Source of the DNA: a virus
Lineage: Duplodnaviria > Caudoviricetes
Direction: 5' to 3' (one strand)
DNA: 62,082 bases
IMG/VR virus record: IMGVR_UViG_3300006893_000280
Span: 1 to 62,082 of that record
Each line of letters begins with the position of its first letter. Position 1 is the stretch's first letter. The position numbers and the translations under genes are program-made. This document shows, piece by piece, positions 28,684-38,399 of the stretch. The notes beneath the pieces were generated by a model. The model did not search any database. It was given only the letters and a program-made list of their open reading frames with translations, and was not told where the DNA came from.

Positions 28684-29991
28684 CTAAGCTGCCTCCTTGG
28701 CTGCGGGGATCGGGGTCCGTAGGTGTGAGAACCAGGCGAATTGGGACGACGCCACCGAGTAGCGCAGGGCGTCGCAGAAGTGGTCGTCGAGCTTGACCGG
28801 CTTATCGATGCCCTTGTCCGATTGCTTGGAATCCCATACGTAGCCGTGGATTTCGGTCAGCAGCCGTTCGCAACGCTCGGAGATGAGCAGCTGGCCGGTG
28901 GAGAACAGGGCGGCGACGGTCCGGATACCGTCCAAGACTTCGTTGGTGGCGTCGGCGACGCGGGCAATGTCGTCGCGGTACAGCTGAAGCTTGAAGCTCG
29001 CGGCGGCCGGATCGACGAACACCCACTCGGGTTCGTACTTGGTATCGCGCAGCCATTCCGACAGCGCTGCAGACAGTTCGGCGTCGGTGCCGCGCGGCGG
29101 CGACCATTCGTCGATGACGTACAGCCGCCCGTCCACCCCGAGGCCGAGCAGGATTCCGGCAGTTGGGTTCGTCGTGCCGTAGTCGATGCCCATCGCCAGC
29201 ACCCGCGACATCTGCGGAAGCTCCTTATGTGGGACAAGGTGTTTCGCCTCATCGAACGCGGAGTAGATCGCGCCGTCCGCAACGACCCACTTACCCAACA
29301 CGAATCGCAGGTACCAGACGCCGGTGTAGCTCGATTTCAGCGACGCGACGAAGTCCGGGTCGAGGTTCGGGTTGTCGTCCAGGATGAACGTGAACCGGTG
29401 CAGGTCCAGCGGCCGGTCCGGATCACCGGGCTGGAGTCGTGCGTAGACGTCGCGGCGGTCGACGATGCTGCCGTCGTCCTGAATCCAGAACTTCGCACGG
29501 TCGAGCCACTGCATCTTGAACCAATGGCGCGGCGACTCCGGATTGCCGGTCGCGAACATTTGCGCGCCGGGCACCGACAGCCGCGAAAACAGCATGTTCC
29601 AATACGACTCGGGCAGGGTCGGTGCCTCATCGACGTACGCCCCGGCCAACGTGAGGCCCTGGATTTTCGTGCGGGCGGCTTCATTGTTCGCGCCGACGAG
29701 GATCACCGTGCGTCCGCAGAGGTTGACGGTGCCGTTTCCTCGATTGATCGAGACCCGGCCGGGGCCGAGCATGTCCTGAATCGGCAGAATCAGATTGTTG
29801 ATGATGGTCCGCTCGGTGCGGCCGGTCATCAGCAGCGTGCCGGGCGGACCCTGGCGGCAATAGCGAATCCAGTCGATCAGGGAACAGATCGTCTTCGATG
29901 ATCGGACGCTGCCCTCGTAGATATTCAGGCGTGCGGTCGAGTTCTGCACGGCGAGGACCTGTTTGCCGACCAGCGGCCGAAGCGCGCTCAT
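28684..29991 (-). CDS. Terminase large subunit (PBSX/SPP1-like)
   Basis: YEGSVRSSKT Walker A, GAYVDE Walker B, GIDYGTTNP, DDHFCDALRY nuclease. Confidence 0.95.
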   Translation of the reverse strand: MSALRPLVGKQVLAVQNSTARLNIYEGSVRSSKTICSLIDWIRYCRQGPPGTLLMTGRTERTIINNLILPIQDMLGPGRVSINRGNGTVNLCGRTVILVGANNEAARTKIQGLTLAGAYVDEAPTLPESYWNMLFSRLSVPGAQMFATGNPESPRHWFKMQWLDRAKFWIQDDGSIVDRRDVYARLQPGDPDRPLDLHRFTFILDDNPNLDPDFVASLKSSYTGVWYLRFVLGKWVVADGAIYSAFDEAKHLVPHKELPQMSRVLAMGIDYGTTNPTAGILLGLGVDGRLYVIDEWSPPRGTDAELSAALSEWLRDTKYEPEWVFVDPAAASFKLQLYRDDIARVADATNEVLDGIRTVAALFSTGQLLISERCERLLTEIHGYVWDSKQSDKGIDKPVKLDDHFCDALRYSVASSQFAWFSHLRTPIPAAKEAA

Positions 29992-30416
29992 TCCGTCGTC
30001 TCGCTGGCGCCGCTGTTGAGCATCGCGTCCAGCCACGCATCCACGGCGGGCAGATCCTTACCGTCCTGGGCGATCTTCTGCGCGGCCAGCTGGTCGAGGC
30101 CGGCGAACTTTGTGCGGCGCTCCATGATCCGCAAGGCGCGGTCGATCGCGTGGAGCTCTCCGCGCGACGCCTTCTTCCAGATGCCCAGCAGCATGGCGTC
30201 CAGCCGGGACAGCTCGAGCTGGAGCAGCGATTCCGCTGGCTCACGGGTCAGCTCTTTCATCGCCTCGTCGACATAGGAGTGTGCGGTCGAGGTCGAGATG
30301 TCGAGAGCCTGCGCGATCTGCCGGTAGTTCGCGCCGGTCTCGCGCAGCTGAAGCGCTTGCGCCATCCTCTTGCGCTTGTCGATGGATTCGGGGCTGGTTT
30401 TGCTCTTGCCTGGCAC
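29988..30416 (-). CDS. Terminase small subunit
   Basis: N-terminal HTH (ALQLRETGANYRQIAQAL), ELSRLD, AIDRALRIMERR; overlaps large subunit. Confidence 0.85.
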   Translation of the reverse strand: MPGKSKTSPESIDKRKRMAQALQLRETGANYRQIAQALDISTSTAHSYVDEAMKELTREPAESLLQLELSRLDAMLLGIWKKASRGELHAIDRALRIMERRTKFAGLDQLAAQKIAQDGKDLPAVDAWLDAMLNSGASETTE

Positions 30417-30876
30417 CGAGGGTGCCTCCTTGCGGTGCGCCGGGCGCACCTGGCGGCCGGATCGGGGGCGGCCGGGCCGTCTGGGCTGGCCATCCTCACC
30501 CCTCCCACGGGGCCGACCTCATCCGCCAATGAGCGCCGTGAGGTGTGCGCGGGGGCGGCCTGCCGGGGAGGGGCGAGGAAGCGAGACGCCCACGCTGCGA
30601 CCAGCGGAAGGGCTGGGAGCGTGGGCATCTGCGAGGACGCGCGACTATGCCGCCGTCCTCAGACCTGTCGGGCGTATGGCGTGGAAAGGAATGCACGCGC
30701 CGCCGACGGCTGGAGCCTATCGGTGATCTCGCGACACTGCGGATTTGGAGTCAGAGGTGGCGGTCGATGTCCCACGGTGGGCTACACCGGGTCGGAGAAG
30801 GTTACAATGTGGTTCACTACGCGGGGGGCCGCCGTTCGGGTATCCCCAGCACACTGGCAACCAGGACGGGAGAGGC

Positions 30877-31485
30877 ATGCGGCGGAAAACGATGCAACGC
30901 ACCAGGATCGCGCGAGCCGTCGGCGCTGTACTCGCTGCAGGCGCAATGACTGCAACGGCTGGTTGCTCTGGGGGATCGCACTCCACGACCGCCAGCAGCA
31001 GTACCTCGGCTGTGCCCGTGAGTACGGCACCTGCGGCGTCTGCACCAGCGTCCAATACCGCGTGGAATCCCTGTTCAATAAGTGATGCCGACATCGCGGC
31101 ATCGGGACTCAATCCGGCTAAAAAAGAGCCTGACACGGGCAAGTACGCCCAGAAGTTCCCAGGATGGGACGTCTGCGCATGGCTGAGCGACAGCTGGTAC
31201 CAACTCAACGTGTACTCGACCAACGCTCACACCTTCGACGAGGTCGTCCACAACACCACGCTGTTCCGCGACCCGCAGCCCGTGACGGTCGCAGGGCGTA
31301 GCGGGATGCTGCTGCCGTCGGTGAGCGATCCGGAAGACTGCACGATCGCCTTCGATATACCTAACGATCCCATTCAGTTGGAGGTGTCCGCCAAAATCAG
31401 CGCGGATAGCCCTGGGGACGCCTGCACAGAGGTCACACGGATCTCGAGTGTGCTGGCGAAGGATCTTCCCGCCACCGGGAAGTAA
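30877..31485 (+). CDS. DUF3558-like lipoprotein
   Basis: Lipobox TAGC, Ser/Thr linker, WNPCSI, VCAW, DCTIA, DAC cysteines. Confidence 0.8.
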   Translation: MRRKTMQRTRIARAVGAVLAAGAMTATAGCSGGSHSTTASSSTSAVPVSTAPAASAPASNTAWNPCSISDADIAASGLNPAKKEPDTGKYAQKFPGWDVCAWLSDSWYQLNVYSTNAHTFDEVVHNTTLFRDPQPVTVAGRSGMLLPSVSDPEDCTIAFDIPNDPIQLEVSAKISADSPGDACTEVTRISSVLAKDLPATGK

Positions 31486-31507
31486 GCAGAAGAGCGGGGA
31501 GCTGACC

Positions 31508-31879
31508 ATGTCAGAGCTGGACACCTGGAAGCAGCTTGCTAACGAGGTCGCCCGAGGCAACCTCATGCTGAGCGTGGACCCTGAAGGCTTGAGCGCGGCG
31601 ATCAAGCAGTTGCAGGACTACATCGACGGCATCGACGAGCTGGGTCCGTACATTCAGACTGTGTCTCATGTCTCCGGTTTCGGCGGTTTCCAGATCGGTG
31701 TCGACCTGGCGCAGAAGTTCACTGACAAGGGTGGCGGCGACGAGTCGATCAAGCAGCGCCTCAAGGAGCTTTCCGACGAGGCGAAGGCGATCCAGGAAAC
31801 GATCCGCAAAGCCGCTGCTGCCTATGCCGAGACCGATCATCAGAATGCCGCCAGTATTGCCAAGGTAACTCCGTCATGA
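31508..31879 (+). CDS. Small ESX substrate partner (PE/WXG100-like helical hairpin)
   Basis: 123 aa, central GFGG turn, C-terminal YAETD = YxxxD/E T7SS signal. Confidence 0.7.
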   Translation: MSELDTWKQLANEVARGNLMLSVDPEGLSAAIKQLQDYIDGIDELGPYIQTVSHVSGFGGFQIGVDLAQKFTDKGGGDESIKQRLKELSDEAKAIQETIRKAAAAYAETDHQNAASIAKVTPS

Positions 31880-33417
31880 CTCCGACCCAGCCGTCGAGTT
31901 ACCTGGACCAGAGCGGTGGGGACTATCTGCGGTCTCAGCTGACGGCGATGCAGAACGGCGTCTACGCGACGATGGTCTCACCAGACCACACGAAGGCGTG
32001 GGACTCGGATCAGCTTGCACTGCAACGCAAGATCAATGACCTTGCCCAGCAATCGAACACCAGTACTGACCCGAAACGACTTACGGGCGCAGATAATTTC
32101 GAGCATCTGAGTCTTGAGCAGATTCGCGATCTAACCAACGAGATCAAACCCGAGATGGTGCAGGCAGTTTCCGAGGCTTGGGACAAGATCGGTAAGGGCC
32201 TGGGTGATCTCACCAGCACCCTGTCCACGGGGTTGCAGGGCATGCTGGCCAATCATTGGCAAGGCCAGGCCGCCGGGAGTGCGGCTCAAGCGATAGGTCA
32301 GTTCGTCAACACCTCCACGACCGTAGGGCAGGGCGCGGAAGTAGTGGGGATGAAGGTGGCGTTCGCCCAGCGTGGCAGCGATGAAACCTTCCGGATGCTG
32401 GGGCCGATGCTCGAAGCGGCCGCACCGACCGGCCCACCCATCCAGGTTCCAGGCTTGCCAGCCCTGGGGCCCGCGGCGATTCCGGGCGCGTCGACCTCGG
32501 TGATTCCGATGCTGGCTGGTACGCAAAACGCGGCGCATCAGAAGGAGGAGGCGCGGCAGGCGGCACTACAGGTGCTCCGAAACGTGTATTCGCCCGGCAT
32601 CCATGGCGGAGATCAGGGCGTACCTGTGCTGCCGTCGGTGCAGCAGGCTGCTAACCCGTCCGGGCCGATTACACCGGGCTCGATCACATCAGGCCCGACC
32701 GGCCCGACCGGTCCAGGTGCGACGAAACCGGGCAGCTCGTCACCGAATTCCCCGACATCGGCAAATCAGCAATCCGGTCCCGGCAACGGGCAGCCGACCG
32801 GCACCACGCCCGCACAGGACTCGGGCAACCAGACTACGAAACCCGCGGATTACAGTGCCGCTCAGCCTGATTCCTCAGGGCTTGGCAACTCCACGTCCAC
32901 CACTCCCGCGAGCGTAGGGCCTAGTACCGGCTCTGGTGGCAGTCCCTCGCTCGCAGGCCTGGGTGGTGCCGTTCCGGACGGTGCGGGAGGCGGCGGCTTC
33001 GGAGGTACGGGCGGCGGTGGTACCTCACGGCCAGGTGGGCCGGGTTCGAGTGTTCCCGGCAAGCCGGCGCCGCCGGCCTCGTCAGCGCCAGGTGTTGCGA
33101 GTGCTGGCAGGGCTGCGGGTACGGCCGGTACGTCACCAGGAATGATGGGTCATGGTGGCGGACGCGGGAAGTCCGAGGATGACAACGAACATGAGATTGC
33201 TGACTATTTGCACGGCCAGCACCTCGATGAGTGGATCCAAGACGGGCAGACGGTGACGGCGATGCCCGCCTTCGGGGCCATCGGTGAAGAGGGAACGGTG
33301 TGGCGGCGGCGGCCCAAGGCCCGGCCGTCGCAGGGGCAGCCTCCGGAAGATCCGCGGCCTGCACCACGGCCGCCTGAGCCACCTCGATCCGGCACGGTGC
33401 AGGGAGAGTATCGGTGA
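31876..33417 (+). CDS. PPE-like ESX substrate with Pro/Gly/Ser-rich tail
   Basis: WQG (WxG) in helical N-domain, low-complexity region, GMMG..GG.GKSEDDNEH..ADYL C-terminal motif. Confidence 0.75.
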   Translation: MTPTQPSSYLDQSGGDYLRSQLTAMQNGVYATMVSPDHTKAWDSDQLALQRKINDLAQQSNTSTDPKRLTGADNFEHLSLEQIRDLTNEIKPEMVQAVSEAWDKIGKGLGDLTSTLSTGLQGMLANHWQGQAAGSAAQAIGQFVNTSTTVGQGAEVVGMKVAFAQRGSDETFRMLGPMLEAAAPTGPPIQVPGLPALGPAAIPGASTSVIPMLAGTQNAAHQKEEARQAALQVLRNVYSPGIHGGDQGVPVLPSVQQAANPSGPITPGSITSGPTGPTGPGATKPGSSSPNSPTSANQQSGPGNGQPTGTTPAQDSGNQTTKPADYSAAQPDSSGLGNSTSTTPASVGPSTGSGGSPSLAGLGGAVPDGAGGGGFGGTGGGGTSRPGGPGSSVPGKPAPPASSAPGVASAGRAAGTAGTSPGMMGHGGGRGKSEDDNEHEIADYLHGQHLDEWIQDGQTVTAMPAFGAIGEEGTVWRRRPKARPSQGQPPEDPRPAPRPPEPPRSGTVQGEYR

Positions 33418-34190
33418 TCCACTGGCAGCTGACCAGCCAGCAGTACGAGGCGGTCTTCTTTGCCATGCAACGTGACCGTTTGCCATATCCGACGTGGCAT
33501 GCTGAACATGCCGTCGACGAAGCCGACCTCGATCGGCAGCGCCGCGAGGCCATCGATGCCCTGCAGCCCCGGGTGGATGACGATCTGGCTCGACTGCTTC
33601 ACACACTCGCCGGACCCGACGTGCGTGTCCATGTACATGGCTGCATCGGCAGTGAGATGGACGACTCCGACGACCAACTCCGGGCGTATGCCGGATTCGG
33701 GCAGTCGATAGCGGCGGTGGCGATTCAGGCGGCCGATCCGCGTCCCGGCGTCAGTGGTGGAGTCACCGTCAGCTTGTGCAGCCATCGGCAAGCGGAATTG
33801 CTGCTGGCCCGCATGCTTGGTGAGCAGCGTCCCGGACAGCACAAGATTGCTGCGCTGAAGTCCGAGCTCGACATTGAACCGGAATGGGTCGGCAGCTGGA
33901 ACCGTCCGCCTACACCACGCGAGCGCGTCGAGAGATTCTTCACCCGCCCCCGGACCGGATGGGGCGAAGTGCTCTGCTACCCGGGGCCGTTCCTTGACAA
34001 TCGAACGGACGGCGTGGACGGCTTCCTTTGGATGGACTTCCCTCGCGATGGCCGGTACTACGTCCGCGAGGATAACCACAGCTACACCGCCACGCCGATG
34101 GACCATGACCGATTCGTCGGTCACGTCAGGAGCCTAGTCTCGCGGGTCCGCGCATCCAGCGAGACGCCCAAAGGGCAAGCCCACCGGTAG
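33414..34190 (+). CDS. espG: EspG-family ESX secretion chaperone
   Basis: W.LT...Y......DRLPYP, AAVAIQ, LWMDFPRDGRYYV; directly after PPE-like gene. Confidence 0.78.
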   Translation: MIHWQLTSQQYEAVFFAMQRDRLPYPTWHAEHAVDEADLDRQRREAIDALQPRVDDDLARLLHTLAGPDVRVHVHGCIGSEMDDSDDQLRAYAGFGQSIAAVAIQAADPRPGVSGGVTVSLCSHRQAELLLARMLGEQRPGQHKIAALKSELDIEPEWVGSWNRPPTPRERVERFFTRPRTGWGEVLCYPGPFLDNRTDGVDGFLWMDFPRDGRYYVREDNHSYTATPMDHDRFVGHVRSLVSRVRASSETPKGQAHR

Positions 34191-34264
34191 CGTTTCGCTC
34201 ACACTTGTCCGTTCGCTTCACCGCAGGTAAGCGCCATCAATGGCCTAATGGGGCTGATTCGATG

Positions 34265-34891
34265 TCAACCGAACTTTGAAATCAGCGCCGACACCAGAGC
34301 GATGAGGCCGGCGGCGGTCATCGAGGTGAACAGCACAATGAGTGCCGGTGAGCTGCGTTTGATGCGTCCTCCGCGGCCCACGGTCGCACCGTAGGCGATG
34401 AATGCTCCAGCCAGTATCAAGCACAGTCCGAGTGCCGCATAGGCCAGTCCGCGCGTGGTGTCGCTGAAATGGGTTACCGATGCGCGCCCCATCCAGTAGC
34501 GTGCCGACAAGGTTGTCCACGGTTGATAATGGGATCCCGCGTCCAGCGGCACGCTGGAATGGGTGCCCGTTGCGGGAGTGGCAGAGTTCGCGACGAACTC
34601 GCCGTGACAGGTGGTGGTGCCACCGAATTTGCTCGATGAGTCCGTGTCGCATTGCAGCACAGCGTATGTGCCCGCGACTCCGGCAAGTCCGGCCGAACGA
34701 GCGAAGTTCTCGGCACCCGACAACCCTACGAATGCCCCGATGATTGCCAGGCCGACTGCGAGTATTAGTCCGGCCCACCTCTTCCAAGCCGCGGGCGCGG
34801 GGGCAGGTGTGGTGAGGCGGTCGAGTTCAGCCCGCGTCTCTCGTTCGAGGCGGTCTCGCTCCGATTCTGGGTCTGGGGTTCCTTCGCTCAT
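34265..34891 (-). CDS. Membrane protein (3 TM), candidate immunity protein
   Basis: Three hydrophobic helices with Cys-pair loop; directly downstream of WXG effector. Confidence 0.6.
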   Translation of the reverse strand: MSEGTPDPESERDRLERETRAELDRLTTPAPAPAAWKRWAGLILAVGLAIIGAFVGLSGAENFARSAGLAGVAGTYAVLQCDTDSSSKFGGTTTCHGEFVANSATPATGTHSSVPLDAGSHYQPWTTLSARYWMGRASVTHFSDTTRGLAYAALGLCLILAGAFIAYGATVGRGGRIKRSSPALIVLFTSMTAAGLIALVSALISKFG

Positions 34892-34951
34892 TCGATGTAT
34901 GTCTACCCTTCACGCTGTGGCCCTCGAGCACTACCGTCGTCAATAAATCGG

Positions 34952-36100
34952 TCACCACCAATGATCTACAGCCCAGCCAACACCCAACGACGCGACGATG
35001 CCGACGCCGACGGCGGCAGCAGTGACCGGCCCACCTCCCCAAGACGCGGCCCAAGCTTCCGGCGCAGCTGCCAAAATCGTTGACGTAACAGCAGTACCTA
35101 CTACGGCACCGCCGACATCCTTGGTCACGGTCTTCGGAATATCGCCATGATTTGCGCCGTCGGCAACATCGTAGATGGTCTGTCCGGCCGTGATCGCCGC
35201 CCCCAGATAGGGGACCTTCTCGGCAAGGGCGGCAACAGTCGATCCTTTGGGTAGCAGTTTCGGAAAATCGTCAGCCATATTCCTGGTAAAGGCGTTGGCG
35301 ACCTTGGAATCCTGCTGATTAAGCACAAGACCGGCGTTGGCCGTCATCGTTCGTTCGGACTGTTCCGCTGCTTGCTCACCGTTCTTCACAGCTTGCTCTG
35401 CCATATCGTCCGGAAACGGGACGCCGATGTCTTTTGCGTGCTGAATGCCTGCCTTCAGGTCGGTCAGATACTTGCTGCGTTCCTCGGCTGCCTCGGTCCA
35501 TTTCTTGGCCTGATCGACCGCGGTTTCAATAGTGCGATCGACAGTGTCGGCAGCCAACCAATATTTTTCGGCCTCGAACTTTTCTTCCTCGCCGACCGCA
35601 GCTGCCGCCGCGGCGTCCAGAGCAGTGTGGGCGCCTTTTTCCAGATTTCGCGCGTCTTGCACCAACGAGGACGCCGCCTTGTACGCACCGGTCTGCCGTG
35701 CCCGGTCGGCATCACTTGCATGAGCGTCTGGTCCGAGGATCCAGTCGTCGTTGGTCTGCAGCCCCCCTTGCTCTGCAGTTGTTCGGGCCTGGCCGAGCCG
35801 AGTTTTGATCGTGGTCAGATCGTCGGCGAACGTAGTCAGTGCCTTACTGAGTGTTTCGATGCTGGTCGACAGGTCTTTTGCGCCATCGGACATATTGGTC
35901 AAACTCTCACGGAACCGTTCTCCGGCGCTGTTCGCGCCGCCCTGCCAGTCGGATTCCGATTGGCTGCGGGCGGCACCAATAGAGCGTTCGCCATCGTCAT
36001 AGACCGCAGTCGAGACCGTATGCAGTCCTGTCGCCGCCGCATGACATGAGTCCGGATCTCCGGAAAGATGGATACAGAGCGGAGAAGTCACGGCCGCCAA
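34952..36100 (-). CDS. WXG100-like ESX effector with hydrophobic Gly-rich C-terminus
   Basis: GDPDS...SDWQG helical N-domain; C-terminal VGGAVVGTAV...GGGPVTAAAVGVGIVASLGVGW. Confidence 0.72.
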   Translation of the reverse strand: MAAVTSPLCIHLSGDPDSCHAAATGLHTVSTAVYDDGERSIGAARSQSESDWQGGANSAGERFRESLTNMSDGAKDLSTSIETLSKALTTFADDLTTIKTRLGQARTTAEQGGLQTNDDWILGPDAHASDADRARQTGAYKAASSLVQDARNLEKGAHTALDAAAAAAVGEEEKFEAEKYWLAADTVDRTIETAVDQAKKWTEAAEERSKYLTDLKAGIQHAKDIGVPFPDDMAEQAVKNGEQAAEQSERTMTANAGLVLNQQDSKVANAFTRNMADDFPKLLPKGSTVAALAEKVPYLGAAITAGQTIYDVADGANHGDIPKTVTKDVGGAVVGTAVTSTILAAAPEAWAASWGGGPVTAAAVGVGIVASLGVGWAVDHWW

Positions 36101-36119
36101 CTCCTAGATTGCTTGGAAC

Positions 36120-36425
36120 TCATTTGACCGCCCTCGGATTGCTTGGAGGCGTGACACCGTTGATGTCTTTACTGTTCTGTTGATCGACATTCTTATAGGC
36201 GGCGTCGCTGGCTTGAACAACATCTGCGGCTCGCCCTAATTGAGTTGCCAATTTTCCCACGCCTTGGTACAGCTTGACCATAGCCTCGCCAAGTTTATCC
36301 GTCGACGAACCAGCGTCCGGCACCTTCGGAGCCGCTTTAGCCGCGTCTTCCAAATGTTCCGCCCCGAGCGCAAGCGTTTTCGCTGTGGGCTTGAGATCTT
36401 CGACCTTGATCCAGTCGTTGGACAT
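36120..36425 (-). CDS. Small ESX substrate partner (WXG100-like)
   Basis: 101 aa helical hairpin, PDAGSS turn, C-terminal YKNVD = YxxxD/E. Confidence 0.68.
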   Translation of the reverse strand: MSNDWIKVEDLKPTAKTLALGAEHLEDAAKAAPKVPDAGSSTDKLGEAMVKLYQGVGKLATQLGRAADVVQASDAAYKNVDQQNSKDINGVTPPSNPRAVK

Positions 36426-36426
36426 A

Positions 36427-36813
36427 CTATGGCCTCGGCTTCCACATGTCGTGCCACACATCGACCGACCAGTCCTCAGCCTCGTCGTCGAAGTCATCGT
36501 CATCGTCGTCGTAACTGCTCGTGGCCACGGCCGGTTCTGTTTTCGGTCGACGCAGTTCTTCCGGGATTTCCTCGTCGAGCAACATCGTCTGATATCCCGT
36601 GGCTGTTTTTATCTCAGCGAGGCCTTGTTCGTCGAGGCCGGCCCAATGCTGCTGCGGCCCCCAACAACGCACCAATTCTTCGATGGACGTGTAAGCCAGC
36701 AGGGCAGTGCCGCCGTCCTTTAACGGAAGTAGCTCCACATAGACCTGCCGATCGGTTTTGCCACGTGGGCGAATCGGCACGTATGCGATGATCTTCGGAT
36801 CGGCTCTCCCCAT
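36427..36813 (-). CDS. SAV_915/SseB-like protein with acidic tail
   Basis: YVPIRP...VELLPLKDGGTALLAYTSIEELVRCWGPQQHW. Confidence 0.65.
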   Translation of the reverse strand: MGRADPKIIAYVPIRPRGKTDRQVYVELLPLKDGGTALLAYTSIEELVRCWGPQQHWAGLDEQGLAEIKTATGYQTMLLDEEIPEELRRPKTEPAVATSSYDDDDDDFDDEAEDWSVDVWHDMWKPRP

Positions 36814-36946
36814 GCATGGCACTTTACATCAGGCCCTCCGACGGTGCTGGGGTGTCAGTGAGGAAGCGCACAATATCCGACCGGTGGGTGTCGAGGTCTG
36901 TCAATTCGCCTGTGCAGCAGCCTCTACCGGTCTATGTTCTCCGGCT

Positions 36947-37654
36947 ATGGCCAAGCTGACTGAGGAACAGCGTGCGGAGCGCGCAGCGAAGCGTCGACTC
37001 CGAGAAGCGCTCGAAGCTGAGGAGCGTGCAGTACGACGGCGCGAGCTCGATAAGCAATGGACGCGAGAGGGCACCTGGCTGACCTGGGAAGAGCTGGAAG
37101 CGGGGGAACCGTGTCGTGGATGCGGGAGGGCGATCATCGACAACCTCGGTGATTTTCCAGCCCGCATCTATGAAACACCGGAGCAGAAGGCTGATCGTGA
37201 AGCCGAAGACAAGGCCTACCTGGAGCGCCATTCCGGGTGTTACGCCGTTAGGTGGAGCATGGAGGGTTGCCGTACCAATCACTGCGGATGGTGCTGCCCG
37301 ATGCCGCCGCTCAGTCCGGCGAAGGTCACCGAGATCGCGAAGCTACTCAGGAGTTTTCCGGAACACCCCGAGCATGAGTACGTCACGTGGCGGCTGTCAT
37401 TGACGTGCGGCCACTACGCCGATTGCCGTGCCCACCAGTCAAACCAGAGCTACAACGCCAGCACAATCGACTGCGCCGAGTGTGGTGCGATCCGCGGCGT
37501 GATCGCCGCGAAGCAGTTGCCGCGGAACGATGTTGCCGAAGACTCGCAGTCACCCAGCAACGAGGTCGAAATCGCCGCAGTCGACAAGGAGATTCAGGCT
37601 CTCCGCAAGAAGCTTCGAGCTGCGGAGCGCCGCCGGAAGACGTTGGTCGATTAG
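36947..37654 (+). CDS. Hypothetical Cys-rich (Zn-binding) coiled-coil protein
   Basis: CRGC, HCGWCCP, CGH, CAEC; charged helices at both ends. Confidence 0.6.
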   Translation: MAKLTEEQRAERAAKRRLREALEAEERAVRRRELDKQWTREGTWLTWEELEAGEPCRGCGRAIIDNLGDFPARIYETPEQKADREAEDKAYLERHSGCYAVRWSMEGCRTNHCGWCCPMPPLSPAKVTEIAKLLRSFPEHPEHEYVTWRLSLTCGHYADCRAHQSNQSYNASTIDCAECGAIRGVIAAKQLPRNDVAEDSQSPSNEVEIAAVDKEIQALRKKLRAAERRRKTLVD

Positions 37655-37678
37655 GAAATCCGCACCGTGGGTCGGTCG

Positions 37679-38248
37679 CTATCGCTCCCACTCCATCGTC
37701 GGGTACTCCCTTTCCTCAATTACTGGCCGCTCGATCTCCGTCGCTGCCGGCCTCTCATGCTTCATCCGCAACTCGTGCTGTCGTTCCGCGAGATTGGCAC
37801 GTTCGAGCGCGTCCCTCGACTGGAGATCGGTGTAGTCCCAGAGACATTGCAGTGCTGCTGCGCGGTCGGCCCCCGCCTCGAGCTGGGCGATCCGTGCCGA
37901 CAACCGGTCCATACCTTCGCATGCTTGGCCGATGTCGACGGCGGATTGCCCATGTCGTGTCTGGTCGAGCACCGTGAGCAACGCGCGGTCTATCGGCGCC
38001 TGTTCCCTTTTGAGCCAATCGTTTTCATTCTCAAGGGCTGTTCTGCTACGCCAATCCACATAGCCGTGTAGCCGTCGCACCGCCCACTGCCGTGGCACGT
38101 TCGGATCTAACGCGTTCACCTGTACTGTCAAGTGAACCACGTCGCGCTGAACAGTCTCAGCCTCCGCCACCGTGGACAAATCCATGAGCGCGACAAGGTG
38201 ATTCCGCAACTGCCGTTCGATCTCTTCTGCTTCATCTATCGATGTCAT
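37679..38248 (-). CDS. Hypothetical helical protein
   Basis: ORF with protein-like composition, convergent with 36947 gene. Confidence 0.5.
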   Translation of the reverse strand: MTSIDEAEEIERQLRNHLVALMDLSTVAEAETVQRDVVHLTVQVNALDPNVPRQWAVRRLHGYVDWRSRTALENENDWLKREQAPIDRALLTVLDQTRHGQSAVDIGQACEGMDRLSARIAQLEAGADRAAALQCLWDYTDLQSRDALERANLAERQHELRMKHERPAATEIERPVIEEREYPTMEWER

Positions 38249-38399
38249 CCATCGATGGTGGAGGAACAACGGTTGCAGGACAACCATTTCCGCTTCGGCT
38301 CACCGTATGTCCAGATTGACCCGGGTTCTCCACACTGTGCTGAGCCTGATACGGGAGATCACGGTCCGCGCCAGAGGCATTCGTCGAAGCGGAACCCGG

